Shown: positions 1-9,847, numbered from the stretch's first letter. The stretch is DNA of 64,000 nucleotides from Candidatus Aenigmatarchaeota archaeon (GCA_016931255.1 JAFGFG010000001.1:30961-94960), one strand, 5' to 3'. Made by a program: numbers and translations. Notes: a model not told the origin generated them from the letters alone.

Positions 1-17
1 CATTTCTTCCCTGAGTC

Positions 18-545
18 CTAATCTCTTTTCCACCACCATGCCAGACCCCATCCGAATATGAGCACAACTGCGAATGCGGCGAATGGTATCCAGAACCCTT
101 CCACACCTGCAGAAGGCTCGGGACATGCCTGGTTTATGACAACAGGAGACTCGATTATCGTATTGCCCTGCCTCAGTTTGACAGTACCTTCAACCACGTC
201 TTCCATACTCTCGATTATTATGTCTGCCGATACCTGCGATTCAGGCTCGCACAGGACATTGTCGATATAGAAGAACGTTGATTTCCATTGTCCAGCGCCT
301 TCCCTTATCCTTCCCGGAACATCGACCTGGATGTCCCAGCACCCCGTGAGATTCGCTGCGTGCACTGTGACAGTGAAGTCCATGCAGGTTCCGGATGCCT
401 CGACAAGCGTTATCTCCGTGCTTTCCGCAGACACCGAGATGAATACCCCTAGAAAAAGGACAGCTGCCAGCGCGAGCGCCTTTGTATGAATCATCTTTTC
501 CTTATGGGTATGCTGCATGAAAGAGCGGTGCGCATACCTATACAT
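18..545 (-). CDS. secreted protein with C-terminal TM anchor (paralog of 10647..11132)
   Basis: 175-aa ORF. It has an N-terminal hydrophobic signal (ALALAAVLFLGVFISVSA). The core FTVTVHAANLTGCWD and the C-terminal CPEP...LIFGW...WWWKRD tail are shared with ORF 10647..11132. Confidence 0.6.
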   Translation of the reverse strand: MYRYAHRSFMQHTHKEKMIHTKALALAAVLFLGVFISVSAESTEITLVEASGTCMDFTVTVHAANLTGCWDIQVDVPGRIREGAGQWKSTFFYIDNVLCEPESQVSADIIIESMEDVVEGTVKLRQGNTIIESPVVINQACPEPSAGVEGFWIPFAAFAVVLIFGWGLAWWWKRD

Positions 546-587
546 TATAATTGCCGCGATTTTCTAATAAGCTTCTAAATTGTTTAT

Positions 588-1055
588 TTGTCACTAATTA
601 ATGGTCAAAATAGATATTTTTATAAAGCTAAAATCTATAATGCGTATATGATTAATCCTGTTGACATATCGGGAAACAAACTGAAAAGGCTGTGTATAGA
701 TAATACATTGTCGTCCCCTAGTCCATTGCCTTATTATGATGAAACTTCAGAAATACTGGAAAGGCTTTTTCCCAGTGACCCGGCAAAACAATGTGTAGAA
801 TATGCACTTGGCTGCAGAGAAAATATTCCCGATGCGATTGATGGTATATTCGCACACGATGGAAATCCCGTTCATGGAGATATTGTATTATATCGTGACA
901 GAAAGGAAAACAAGTTTACACATGCGGGTGTTTATCAGGCAAACGGAATGGTCGCATCAAAATTCACCATAGGACCGGTATTTCTGCACAATATCGGTGA
1001 TGTTCCATTATGCTACGGCAATGAAGTTTATTTTTCAAGACTCGGTGTGAAGTGA
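588..1055 (+). CDS. putative papain-fold (NlpC/P60- or CHAP-like) cysteine hydrolase
   Basis: 155-aa ORF with an ordered Cys...His signature (AKQCVEYALGC ... GDIVLYRD ... FTHAGVY). The neighbouring ORF has the same layout. The call is from the motif only and the start is uncertain. Confidence 0.4.
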   Translation: MSLINGQNRYFYKAKIYNAYMINPVDISGNKLKRLCIDNTLSSPSPLPYYDETSEILERLFPSDPAKQCVEYALGCRENIPDAIDGIFAHDGNPVHGDIVLYRDRKENKFTHAGVYQANGMVASKFTIGPVFLHNIGDVPLCYGNEVYFSRLGVK

Positions 1056-1059
1056 TTTA

Positions 1060-1653
1060 ATGAATAATATACTTTACGAGAAACTGGATATAGACCCAGC
1101 TGAGGTAAAGAAGATAACCGCGGTATGCAGCGTAGCCAGCAGCCTCCGTGAAAAGGGACTGCCGTGCCACATAACAGAGAGGGTCTACAGGAACCTTCCG
1201 GACAGCGTTGCTGCCATAGGGCCTTCGACTCCGGGATACCAGTGCAATGATTATGCGCTGGGATCACTTTCCATACTTGCTATCGATGAATACGCGCTGA
1301 AGGAAGGTGATACTCCGAAAGCCGGGGACATTGTAGTGTATGAATCATCGTTGCCACTTGAGAATTTCAGGCCAACGCATGTAGGCGTTCTGCAGGAAGA
1401 CGGGACTGTCATAAGCAAGTGGGGCTCGCTCCCGCTGATGAAGCATGAAAAGAGCGCGGTTGTGGAAGAATACATTGATACTGATTCTCCCATGATAAGC
1501 TTCGCAAGGATACCGTCCGGACTGCTCCGTGTATACAGGGAAATGTTCTCAATGGAGATGCTTTCAGGCTATCCGCTTCTCTATGATCCTGAAGAGATAT
1601 CATGGGTGAACAGGGATTTCATAAATCATGTATACGGAAAGCTTCCGGTTTAG
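1060..1653 (+). CDS. putative papain-fold (NlpC/P60- or CHAP-like) cysteine hydrolase, tandem paralog
   Basis: 197-aa ORF lying 4 nt after the previous gene. Motifs are YQCNDYALGS ... GDIVVYES ... PTHVGVL. Confidence 0.45.
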   Translation: MNNILYEKLDIDPAEVKKITAVCSVASSLREKGLPCHITERVYRNLPDSVAAIGPSTPGYQCNDYALGSLSILAIDEYALKEGDTPKAGDIVVYESSLPLENFRPTHVGVLQEDGTVISKWGSLPLMKHEKSAVVEEYIDTDSPMISFARIPSGLLRVYREMFSMEMLSGYPLLYDPEEISWVNRDFINHVYGKLPV

Positions 1654-1733
1654 TTCATTTTATGGCTGTCCGGCTTTCCATCATGTGTAATTCCGGACAT
1701 TAATTTTTTAACAATCAATATCAAGACAGTAAC

Positions 1734-2174
1734 ATGAATATAGCGAGCCCGGCTTTCCAGAACAACGGGGACATGCCTTCCAGATACACGTGCCATGGGG
1801 ATAACATAAATCCCGAGTTGAGAATCTCGAATGTTCCCTCCGGTACCAAGAGCCTTGTCCTCATATTGGATGACCCTGACGCTCCGATGGGAACGTGGGA
1901 CCACTGGATACTGTTCAACATACGCCCGTCAACTGCTGTCATACCCGAGAACAGCGTCCCTCCGGGAGCTGTACAGGGAAGGAACAGCTGGGGAAACAGT
2001 GAATACGGAGGGCCATGCCCGCCCTCGGGAAAGCACCGCTACGTCTTCAAGCTATATGCGCTCAGCAGGATTCTTGACATAGGCCACAGCACAGTCAAGA
2101 ACGATATCTATAAGGCCATGAGCGGGAGTGTCATATCGCAGGCTGAGTTCACAGGAACGTATCAGAAACCATGA
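1734..2174 (+). CDS. PEBP / YbhB-YbcL family (Raf-kinase-inhibitor-like) protein
   Basis: 146 aa with LILDDPDAP, WDHW and GGPCPPSGKHRYVFKLYAL, which are classic bacterial/archaeal PEBP motifs. Confidence 0.9.
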   Translation: MNIASPAFQNNGDMPSRYTCHGDNINPELRISNVPSGTKSLVLILDDPDAPMGTWDHWILFNIRPSTAVIPENSVPPGAVQGRNSWGNSEYGGPCPPSGKHRYVFKLYALSRILDIGHSTVKNDIYKAMSGSVISQAEFTGTYQKP

Positions 2175-2628
2175 GTTGTTGTGTCTTTCCTAAGATACCT
2201 CGCAAGTATCTTCGGAAGTATGGCTATTGCGTTCTCAGCCCTTTCGCCGAGCATGCCGAACTCATGCACAAGTCTGTCGAGCTCGGGGATAAGCTTCTCC
2301 TGAATATCCTCATTGAAGGTCTTCAGCGTTTCGTCATCCGGTATGTATATATTACTATTCCCAGTCCTGCCTGTCCTGTCAATGAATCTTGAGGCTGTCT
2401 CCGCGTATATACACTTGGAGTGACCCCCGATTTTGCTAAGTCAATGAATCTTGAGGCTGTCTCCGCGTATATACCTGACCCCGGACTTATGACCACAGTC
2501 GAGTATCCGTTCAGTTCGCTGTTTATCACATTAACCTTGCTGCGGAGCCTGCTCTGGCTGTATTCGTCCGTTGAAAGGTTTCCCTTCCAGTCCGAAGACC
2601 CCGGAAGCATGATTATAATCTTTTTCAT
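2162..2628 (-). pseudogene. hypothetical protein gene frameshifted by a 62-bp insertion/duplication
   Basis: The minus-strand ORF (MKKIIIMLPGSSDW...GSGIYAETASRFID) runs out of frame after the repeat copy at 2440..2474. Removing 62 bp joins it in frame to ...RTGRTGNSNIYIPDDETLKTFNEDIQEKLIPELDRLVHEFGMLGERAENAIAILPKILARYLRKDTTTHGF* with the stop at 2162..2164. The locus is 467 nt, and 467 minus 62 gives 405 nt, or 135 codons. Confidence 0.6.
2378..2474. repeat. 35-bp perfect direct repeat (2378..2412 and 2440..2474) around a 27-bp spacer
   Basis: GTCAATGAATCTTGAGGCTGTCTCCGCGTATATAC occurs twice at an offset of 62 bp, as read directly from the sequence. Confidence 0.95.
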
Positions 2629-2695
2629 AGAGTATAGACAGTGCAGAAAAACCTTTATAAAGGTTAAGAAGCAGCGGATGACTATCAGGCGCTCG

Positions 2696-3130
2696 TTAGT
2701 TTCCGCCATTAAGCTTGTTTATTCTGGCGTTCTTGTAGATGGTTCTTGCCTCTTCCCATGTGATTATCCCGTCTTTATTCTTATCAGCGTCCTTCGCAGC
2801 GAAAAAAAGGTCGTTCTGGTTTTTTGGCTTCCACACATTTGGATATTGTATTGTATCGCTTCTGTCGTTTTGATTCAGGAACACATCGACATCCCCTTTC
2901 TTCATGCCTGTGTATATTTCAAGCGCTTCCACGGTTTTTCCGTCATTCAGGATTCTGTATTCCTTCGTTCCCTTCTTATTGCTCACGGTCAGTGTGTCCT
3001 GCTGTGCAGCTGCAATCTGAGTGGCAGCCAGAAGTCCCAGCCCTGTGAGGATTATGTACCTGCCGGCTTTCGTGTCGAACAAATAGTCCATGCATTTTCC
3101 AGTCCAGCTGCCTGAGGTATAATCTGTCAT
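2696..3130 (-). CDS. membrane-anchored/secreted EF-hand calcium-binding protein
   Basis: 144 aa with an N-terminal hydrophobic segment (IILTGLGLLAATQIAAA). It has a canonical 12-residue EF-hand loop, DKNKDGIITWEE. Confidence 0.7.
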   Translation of the reverse strand: MTDYTSGSWTGKCMDYLFDTKAGRYIILTGLGLLAATQIAAAQQDTLTVSNKKGTKEYRILNDGKTVEALEIYTGMKKGDVDVFLNQNDRSDTIQYPNVWKPKNQNDLFFAAKDADKNKDGIITWEEARTIYKNARINKLNGGN

Positions 3131-3231
3131 ATCATTTTATTGTGGGCAAAATTTTTTAAGTGTAACCGGACATTTTCCGTCCTGAACACAATCTGTGCGT
3201 GATATTAATAGAATGATTACAATAAAGTGGT

Positions 3232-5952
3232 ATGAAGTTCTCCCAGATTGTCATTGTTGCGCTGCTGGCTGTAATGGTAGTATTCTCTGCTTCCATGGGT
3301 ATGCTCGGTGACTGGCTGTGGTTCACAGCCATTGGTTATGATTCGGTGTTCCTTACGATACTGTCAACAGCTATCACTATAGGTCTGATATCTTTTATAC
3401 TATTCTTCGCGTTTTCAGCTGTCAATGTGTCGCTTGCAAGGAAAGCCGCTGTCGGAAAGAAGAAGAAAAGCGAACCGGACGGTGCAAAAGCAGTGAACAT
3501 ACTCGCTGCCATAATGGCTCTTATAACAGCGATTTCCATGAGTAGCCAGTGGGAGACTGTACTCAAGTTCAATAACTTCACGCCGTTTGGCATCACCGAT
3601 CCGGTGTTCGGGATGGATATTGGCTTCTTTACGTTCACGTTGCCTTTCTATTCTCTGGTCATAGGCTTTTTGCTGTCAGTCTTCATTTCAACTGCCGTAC
3701 TTTCCGGAATATCATACATCATCTACTCGTCCGGACTGAAGGTCAGCGGCCGGGAAGAGAACGAGACAGTCAGCGGCCAGTGGGGATCCGGCGGCAATCC
3801 ATTCTCTCCTCAGATGGGAGGAGGTATCAACCTGAAATGGACAGGCTCATGGAAGAGGTTCATGCCCCAGATGAGTATACTCCTCATGCTTATATTCACT
3901 GTCATATCGGCTAACATATATCTCTCAAAGTACAGCCTCCTACTCACGCAGGGAGACGCAGTGTTCGGAGCAGGCTACACGGATATATTCGTGAACATAC
4001 CGCTGCTGACAGTTCTTTCCGGAATTACATTCATCATAGGACTGCTTTTCCTTGCTAACATCAGGATAAAGAAGCCGAGGTTCATAGTCTACGGCATCGC
4101 GGCTTTCTTTGCGATATCATTCATAGGCATCCTGATATCCGGCGCTGTTCAGGGACTCGTGGTCGGTCCCGATGAATTCAATCTTGAGAAGACATATCTC
4201 GAGAAGAACATCGAGTGGACGCTGGCCGCATACGGGCTTGACAATGCCCAGGAGGACATATTCCCTGTAACTTACAAGCTGACAGCGGATGACATAGCTG
4301 ACAACAGTGCTACTGTCAACAACATCAGGCTGTGGGACTGGAGACCACTGACGCAGACATACGATCAGCTTCAGCTTTTCAGGACATATTATGAGTTCAA
4401 TGACGTTGACGTGGACCGCTACCAGATAGACGGCACGTACAAGCAGGTGCTCGTCTCTGCGAGGGAGATGAACACGCAGGACCTTCCGGATCAGGCCAAG
4501 ACATGGGTCAACAGCCATCTGGTTTATACGCACGGATACGGTGTTGTGATGAATCCCGTGGACAAGGTGACTCCAGGGGGCCTGCCGGAGTTCTACCTGA
4601 AGGATATACCACCATCATCCGAATACATCCCTCTTGACGAGATGCGCATATACTACGGAGAAAAGACCGATGATTATGTGATAACAGGGGCAAGCACGAA
4701 GGAATTTGACTACCCGTCCGGAGAGGAGAACATCTACACGGTATACTCTGGTTCAGGGGGCGTTCCGCTCACGGAATTCCTGACCAAGCTCATATATGCG
4801 TTCAAGTTCAAGGCTGTAGAGCTTCTGGTTTCAGGTTCGCTGACAGCGGAAAGCAAATTACTCATGAACAGGAACATAGGCGAGAGGGCATCGGCCATAG
4901 CACCATTCTTCATCTACGATTACGATCCGTATGTTGTCATCTCAGAAGGCAGGCTGTTCTGGATAATGGACGCCTACACCACGACGGACATGTACCCCTA
5001 TTCACAGCCGCTTCGTCTTGGAGGAGACAGAATGAATTACATAAGGAACTCTGTAAAGGTGGTGATAGACGCTTACAGCGGTGAGGTGAGATATTTCATA
5101 GTCGATGAGGAAGACCCGCTGATACAGACTTACCGGAAGATGTTCCCGGATGTCTTCCTGAACTTCGATGAGATGCCGGCTGACCTCAAGTCACATCTGA
5201 GGTATCCTGAGGTCATGTTCAGCATACAGGCCAACATATACTCTACATACCACATGAAGGATCCCATGGTCTTCTACAACAAGGAGGATGTCTGGGTAAC
5301 GCCTGATGAGATATACAGAGGCTCCAGGGAGACGATGCAGCCGTATTACATCATAATGAAGTTGCCGGGAGAGGAGAAGGAAGAATTCATACTAATGATA
5401 CCGTTCACTCCCAAGGGCAAGGAGAACATGATAGGCTGGATGGCTGCAAGGTCTGATGTCCCGAACTATGGAAACGTGCTCGTATACAAATTCTCAAAAC
5501 AGGAGCTTACATACGGCCCGATGCAGATAGAGGCAAGGATTGACCAGGATACTGACATATCGCAGCTCATAACGCTTTGGTCTCAGTCCGGATCGTCGGT
5601 AGTCAGGGGTAACACGCTAGTCATACCCATAGAGGATTCAATACTGTACGTGGAGCCGCTTTATCTTGAGGCAACAGAAAAGGGAACGCTTCCGCAGCTC
5701 CAGAGGGTGATAGTGTCCTATGGAGACAAACTCACAATGCAGGACACATTTTCGAATGCGCTTGATGTCATATTCGGTTCAGGCACCGCGCCTGCCGGAG
5801 ACAGCGATGAGCCTCCAATCAGCCAGACCGACCTGCAGAAGCTCAGCAGAATATCGGACCTCTACGACCTCGCACAGCTGGCTCTCAATGACGGCGACCT
5901 CGGGCTCTATCAGGATTACGTGAACCAGATAGGCAATCTGGTCTCGGGCTGA
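3232..5952 (+). CDS. UPF0182 family large membrane protein
   Basis: 906 aa with multiple N-terminal TM helices. Family-typical blocks are present: RLWDWRPL, YTHGYGVVM, LYVEPLYLEA. Confidence 0.85.
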   Translation: MKFSQIVIVALLAVMVVFSASMGMLGDWLWFTAIGYDSVFLTILSTAITIGLISFILFFAFSAVNVSLARKAAVGKKKKSEPDGAKAVNILAAIMALITAISMSSQWETVLKFNNFTPFGITDPVFGMDIGFFTFTLPFYSLVIGFLLSVFISTAVLSGISYIIYSSGLKVSGREENETVSGQWGSGGNPFSPQMGGGINLKWTGSWKRFMPQMSILLMLIFTVISANIYLSKYSLLLTQGDAVFGAGYTDIFVNIPLLTVLSGITFIIGLLFLANIRIKKPRFIVYGIAAFFAISFIGILISGAVQGLVVGPDEFNLEKTYLEKNIEWTLAAYGLDNAQEDIFPVTYKLTADDIADNSATVNNIRLWDWRPLTQTYDQLQLFRTYYEFNDVDVDRYQIDGTYKQVLVSAREMNTQDLPDQAKTWVNSHLVYTHGYGVVMNPVDKVTPGGLPEFYLKDIPPSSEYIPLDEMRIYYGEKTDDYVITGASTKEFDYPSGEENIYTVYSGSGGVPLTEFLTKLIYAFKFKAVELLVSGSLTAESKLLMNRNIGERASAIAPFFIYDYDPYVVISEGRLFWIMDAYTTTDMYPYSQPLRLGGDRMNYIRNSVKVVIDAYSGEVRYFIVDEEDPLIQTYRKMFPDVFLNFDEMPADLKSHLRYPEVMFSIQANIYSTYHMKDPMVFYNKEDVWVTPDEIYRGSRETMQPYYIIMKLPGEEKEEFILMIPFTPKGKENMIGWMAARSDVPNYGNVLVYKFSKQELTYGPMQIEARIDQDTDISQLITLWSQSGSSVVRGNTLVIPIEDSILYVEPLYLEATEKGTLPQLQRVIVSYGDKLTMQDTFSNALDVIFGSGTAPAGDSDEPPISQTDLQKLSRISDLYDLAQLALNDGDLGLYQDYVNQIGNLVSG

Positions 5953-6061
5953 AATAAAAATTATGTTATCGTTAGTGCAGCGGTACACGAAGCAGCCCAT
6001 TGGTGTAGAATCGCTTGACATTTAAAACTTTCCTCCAAAACTAAAACAGGCAGGTTTTTCC

Positions 6062-6325
6062 ATGGACACGTTCGAATTTCTCCAGAAGAAAATGTACAGG
6101 TCAAAGCTGTACGAGAGGCCGGGCATACTTCTTGGTGTTTACAAGCAGCTTGTTGTCAGCAATAAAGGACATCAGAGCAATGGTGAATACAGGACATACT
6201 CGGAAGCCAGTAAAGACAACAGGAAGAAGATGGGCACATACGTATACGAGCAGCTGAAACATTACGGTGCTGAGAATTCCGCACAGAAACTCTACGACCA
6301 GGTTCTGAAAGACCTTGTGGAATGA
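6062..6325 (+). CDS. hypothetical protein
   Basis: 87-aa ORF whose stop overlaps the next start (ATGA at 6322). Confidence 0.45.
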   Translation: MDTFEFLQKKMYRSKLYERPGILLGVYKQLVVSNKGHQSNGEYRTYSEASKDNRKKMGTYVYEQLKHYGAENSAQKLYDQVLKDLVE

Positions 6326-7074
6326 GTCGAGTTATTTTTAATAAAGCGCATGAAATAATCTTTATGAGGGCGATTCTTGCTTTTTCAGTGGTCGCAGTAC
6401 TGGCTTTCTGCGCAGCCGGTGCAGCGGCGGATAGCAGCGGCGACTACTATGCAGACCTGGACATCGATGTCTCCAACACAGGGCATGTCACAATCTCAGG
6501 AATAACGAACCACCCGGAACTTGAGAGCGGAACCTATGACATATACACGTCCAAAAGCGGAGCCTACTGGATACTCAACATAACACATCCTGAGATTTTC
6601 GCGGATTACGTTTACACGCTGTACATGCCTTCTGAGAGCACCATAAACTATATACGGGCATCGGGGTCGATAGCCATAAAGAAGGGCGGGGACAGGATCA
6701 TGATTGAAGGCGTCGGAAACCACGAGGAGTTCTTCATAGTTGTGCAGTACAGCACGGACCCGCCTGACTATTCCGGCTATCTCTGGTCTTTGGCTATCCC
6801 GGCGCTTTTCGCTGTTCTTATTGCGGTGAGGTACAGGTTCAGGAAAAGGCATACTCCCAGAAGATACGATCCGATGATGCTGAGCAAGAGGCAGCTCGCG
6901 ATTGTCAGTGCACTAGAGAAGAATGGAAAGCCAATGACCCAGCATCAGCTTGAGGAAGCATTAAGCCTTCCCAAATCTTCTGTCTCAAGGAATGTGGCGA
7001 CGCTCGTGAAATCAGGAATACTCACGAAGCACAGCCAGGGCATGAGCAATTCCGTGTGGTTCTCCGAAAAATGA
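6322..7074 (+). CDS. membrane-tethered winged-helix (MarR/ArsR-like) regulator with extracytoplasmic domain
   Basis: 250 aa. It has a signal/TM, an approximately 140-aa outer domain and a TM (LWSLAIPALFAVLIAV). The C-terminal wHTH reads LSKRQLAIVSALEKNGKPMTQHQLEEALSLPKSSVSRNVATLVKSGIL. Confidence 0.6.
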   Translation: MSRVIFNKAHEIIFMRAILAFSVVAVLAFCAAGAAADSSGDYYADLDIDVSNTGHVTISGITNHPELESGTYDIYTSKSGAYWILNITHPEIFADYVYTLYMPSESTINYIRASGSIAIKKGGDRIMIEGVGNHEEFFIVVQYSTDPPDYSGYLWSLAIPALFAVLIAVRYRFRKRHTPRRYDPMMLSKRQLAIVSALEKNGKPMTQHQLEEALSLPKSSVSRNVATLVKSGILTKHSQGMSNSVWFSEK

Positions 7075-7175
7075 AAACCGGTATCATGTTCCACAACGTT
7101 CCGGGTTGTTCCGGTAAATTATATATACTGTTCCGGACAATGCTTCTAAAGAGACCTTTAAAGGAGGTAATTGAA

Positions 7176-8084
7176 ATGAAAGTAATCGCAATAGCAATGC
7201 TGGCTTTGCTGATGATTTCAGTGTCCGCGTATGCAGAAGATGCAGTTCCGACACTTATTTCAGCAGACGAGCCGGTTGATGAAACAACTGCTATGCAGCT
7301 GAAGGTCATGTCTACATCCACAGGCGCCGAAGTAAGGCTCCTGCAGCTTGAGAAGTCCATAGACAGGAACATCCTTTTCGGTGAAAAGGTACTGGACTAC
7401 CTTGCTGAGAACTATCCGGACTATGACACAGCAGAACTTGAGTCGCTTCTTTCAGAGCTTGAAATGCTGAAGGAAGATGTCGCAGCTCAGGACCCGTCAG
7501 CAACAGAGGATGCGGTCCAGGCATTCGTTGACCTCAAGAATGACGCAAGGGACATATCGAATGAATTCAGGACCCTTGTGCACGAGGCTGTAGACGCAGA
7601 CGAACTCGCAACCCTCAGGTCTAATATAGGCAATGAGATAAGCGAGCAGATGAACCAGTGGAAGAACCAGATAAGGGAAAGAATAAGGACGCACAATGAA
7701 GATGTCGTCCAGAAGAAGCTCCAGTCCATGAACAGGACAAACCATGAGCTTGTGGACAAGGTGAAGAACGGGATGGCAAATGCAACGGAGATCAAGAGCC
7801 AGATAAGGCAGATGCTCCAGCAGATGACACCCGGAGAGAAGAGCACTGCAGTCATGGCAATGAAGAGGGAGATGACCTCTCTTGCAGTGAGGACGCAGTC
7901 GGCTCTTCAGTCAGCTGAAGCAGGCTTCCAGCAGAGGCTTGAGACCAGGCTTCAGGAACGGCTTGAAAACATGTCAGAGGCTGACAGTACCATGCTCCAG
8001 GAGAGGATGGATACTCTTGGCATCCAGCCAAAAGCAGGCATTCCAGTGACAGGCCAGACAGTCAGGGGAGGTAATGGAAGATGA
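7176..8084 (+). CDS. secreted coiled-coil protein
   Basis: AAAGGAGG lies 8 nt upstream of the ATG at 7176. The signal peptide is MKVIAIAMLALLMISVSAYA, followed by long heptad-like Glu/Gln/Leu-rich sequence. The ORF-track start at 7056 overlaps the upstream gene. Confidence 0.6.
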   Translation: MKVIAIAMLALLMISVSAYAEDAVPTLISADEPVDETTAMQLKVMSTSTGAEVRLLQLEKSIDRNILFGEKVLDYLAENYPDYDTAELESLLSELEMLKEDVAAQDPSATEDAVQAFVDLKNDARDISNEFRTLVHEAVDADELATLRSNIGNEISEQMNQWKNQIRERIRTHNEDVVQKKLQSMNRTNHELVDKVKNGMANATEIKSQIRQMLQQMTPGEKSTAVMAMKREMTSLAVRTQSALQSAEAGFQQRLETRLQERLENMSEADSTMLQERMDTLGIQPKAGIPVTGQTVRGGNGR

Positions 8085-8287
8085 ACGCAAAGTTAATGGC
8101 ATTAACACTCCTGGCATTCGTTCTTGTGGTCGCTGTGAGCGGCTGCACAACAGCACCGGGCGGAACAACAGACACGGGCGGCGCTGACCAGCAGGTCACT
8201 GCAGCACAGGAGAATGAAGTCGTCAGTTCGCTTGACTCGGAGATTCTGGGAGAAGATGACGAAGTTGAAATAGGCGAGATGGTTTAA
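8081..8287 (+). CDS. small lipoprotein-like secreted protein
   Basis: 68 aa with an ATGA overlap with the upstream gene. It has a lipobox-like LVVAVSGC and then an acidic tail. Confidence 0.5.
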   Translation: MNAKLMALTLLAFVLVVAVSGCTTAPGGTTDTGGADQQVTAAQENEVVSSLDSEILGEDDEVEIGEMV

Positions 8288-8307
8288 GCCATCTCCCTTT
8301 TCTTTTT

Positions 8308-9441
8308 TTATGATACGCCTTCACACGCCAGAAGATATCTATTGAACAGGCCCGCCTTTGCAGCCCTGACGAATCTCGACGGGTCGTCACGGTATGCAGT
8401 TCCTATCGCATCCGCGGCACGGTACGCATTGTCCTTCAGCCTTTCCATTGCCATGGGAAACTCCATGTTCAGGAACCTGAACACATTGTCGCGGTTGAAA
8501 TCATCTGTCCTGTAGTGTGTGTTCCTGTTCATTATGTGAATGAGATCCTTCTCTGTTATGGATTCGCCATTAAGCGATTTTGCAAGGTCTGCCATGACAT
8601 CCCTTCCTGTACCCTTCCATATGTATCCCTTATCGTATATGCCGAGCACTTCCCTTGACACCCTGTCGAAATCCGTGCTCTTCCATTCGCCCGGATCAAC
8701 AACGCTGAAGAAGAGCGCCCGTATCTCGGACAGCGGGTCAAACTCCAGGAGCGAATTCAACAGTTTCCTCTGCGCATCCCTGTAAATGTCATCAGCAGGT
8801 TTTCCCTTCATGGCATAGTCCACCTCCGTCTCTTTCGCAGCGTCAATGGCCATTTTGTGCCTCTTTGCGATTGCGCTGTTCTGGGAGAGCTCAACATGGT
8901 CCAGCTCGTGGCGCATGGTCTTATGTCCTTTCCTCATGAACACATCCATCATCTCGGGCGTAATCCCCTTTACAATGTCCCTGACGTCAGCTGCTCTCGT
9001 GATTATCGTATTCCTGACTGTGTCGTAATCGTAAAGAAACTCTTCGCTTTCCCTGAACTTCTTCATCTTCAGGTATCCCATGTTTCTCTCGTAATCTTCC
9101 AGTGCTTTCTCCGGGTCGTCGAGCACCGCTGACACCTCCAGCTTCCTGTTGTTCATGCTGAGCTTTCCGAGATTCCTGATGAAAGTATCAATCACGTCGA
9201 CCTCATGGCAGTGTTCCCTGTATAAATCGTCCCTGGCTATGTTGAATGCATAAACAGTCATGTTATCTGTCTCGAGATGCCCCCTGCAGCCTTTGAGGGA
9301 GGCGAGCTCAAGGTTCACTTTCAGCCCGCTTGTATCAGGAATACCCAGTCCCATCTCTTCCCTTTCCAGAAGCGCGTTTTCAATCATTTCCGCAGCAGCC
9401 TCGTATGAGCCTTCGATGAGAGGATTCCCGTTTACCTTCAT
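8308..9441 (-). CDS. hypothetical protein with HExxH motif
   Basis: 377-aa ORF. A single HELDH (HExxH) motif is the only recognisable feature. Confidence 0.55.
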   Translation of the reverse strand: MKVNGNPLIEGSYEAAAEMIENALLEREEMGLGIPDTSGLKVNLELASLKGCRGHLETDNMTVYAFNIARDDLYREHCHEVDVIDTFIRNLGKLSMNNRKLEVSAVLDDPEKALEDYERNMGYLKMKKFRESEEFLYDYDTVRNTIITRAADVRDIVKGITPEMMDVFMRKGHKTMRHELDHVELSQNSAIAKRHKMAIDAAKETEVDYAMKGKPADDIYRDAQRKLLNSLLEFDPLSEIRALFFSVVDPGEWKSTDFDRVSREVLGIYDKGYIWKGTGRDVMADLAKSLNGESITEKDLIHIMNRNTHYRTDDFNRDNVFRFLNMEFPMAMERLKDNAYRAADAIGTAYRDDPSRFVRAAKAGLFNRYLLACEGVS

Positions 9442-9529
9442 TAGAAAGAAAGCGCATGAAAGCTTTATAAATCTTAATATTAACTACTTATTGGTGACTA
9501 ATATTCTCAATAAATTCATAAGTGTCTAT

Positions 9530-9847
9530 ATGTATGACGGCGTCCCGTGCTACATGAAAAACAGGGGAACTGATTATCGTGGCGGGGGAAAGGGAACCCT
9601 GGCGGAGATAGGGAGAGAAATAGCAGCAGAAATCCGTAACGGATACGAGCTTAGGATTCTTGGCGAATCCGATGTATATCCTTCCTTTGGAATGAGCCCT
9701 CTTGACGGAAACAACGTAGCAGAGCTTGCTATGCATCTTCACAGGAGCAAGTCAGTCAATGAAGGCGCAGTCACAGGAGATGCAGTCATGACAGGCACGG
9801 ATGCGGCTGTCAGGCATATCGGCAACTCCGGATATTCCCTTTCTTAA
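9530..9847 (+). CDS. hypothetical protein
   Basis: The ORF 9260..9847 overlaps the 8308..9441 gene upstream of Met-91, so the start is taken at 9530 (MYDGVPCY...). Confidence 0.35.
   Translation: MYDGVPCYMKNRGTDYRGGGKGTLAEIGREIAAEIRNGYELRILGESDVYPSFGMSPLDGNNVAELAMHLHRSKSVNEGAVTGDAVMTGTDAAVRHIGNSGYSLS

Noticed and set aside
1690-1700. A recurrent (T)CCGGACA(T) string in several upstream regions (about 1693, 3166, 7133, 15225, 16253, 20263).
   Set aside because: The string is short, its spacing to start codons is variable and it also occurs inside genes. I cannot distinguish it from compositional chance without genome-wide statistics.
2378-2474. The possibility that the short direct repeats at 2378..2474 and 10216..10322 are a CRISPR array.
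   Set aside because: Each repeat has only two copies. The two repeats have different sequences, the spacers are 27 and 21 bp, and one pair lies inside a coding frame. No cas genes are present in the window.
7056-7175. Upstream extensions of ORFs, including 7056..7175, 9260..9529, 38832..38918, 60974..61078 and 61473..61514.
   Set aside because: These extensions overlap preceding genes or lack coding character. Internal Met codons give canonical N-termini (a signal peptide, MKRIDGRK of Rrp41, MTKMDV of thioredoxin).
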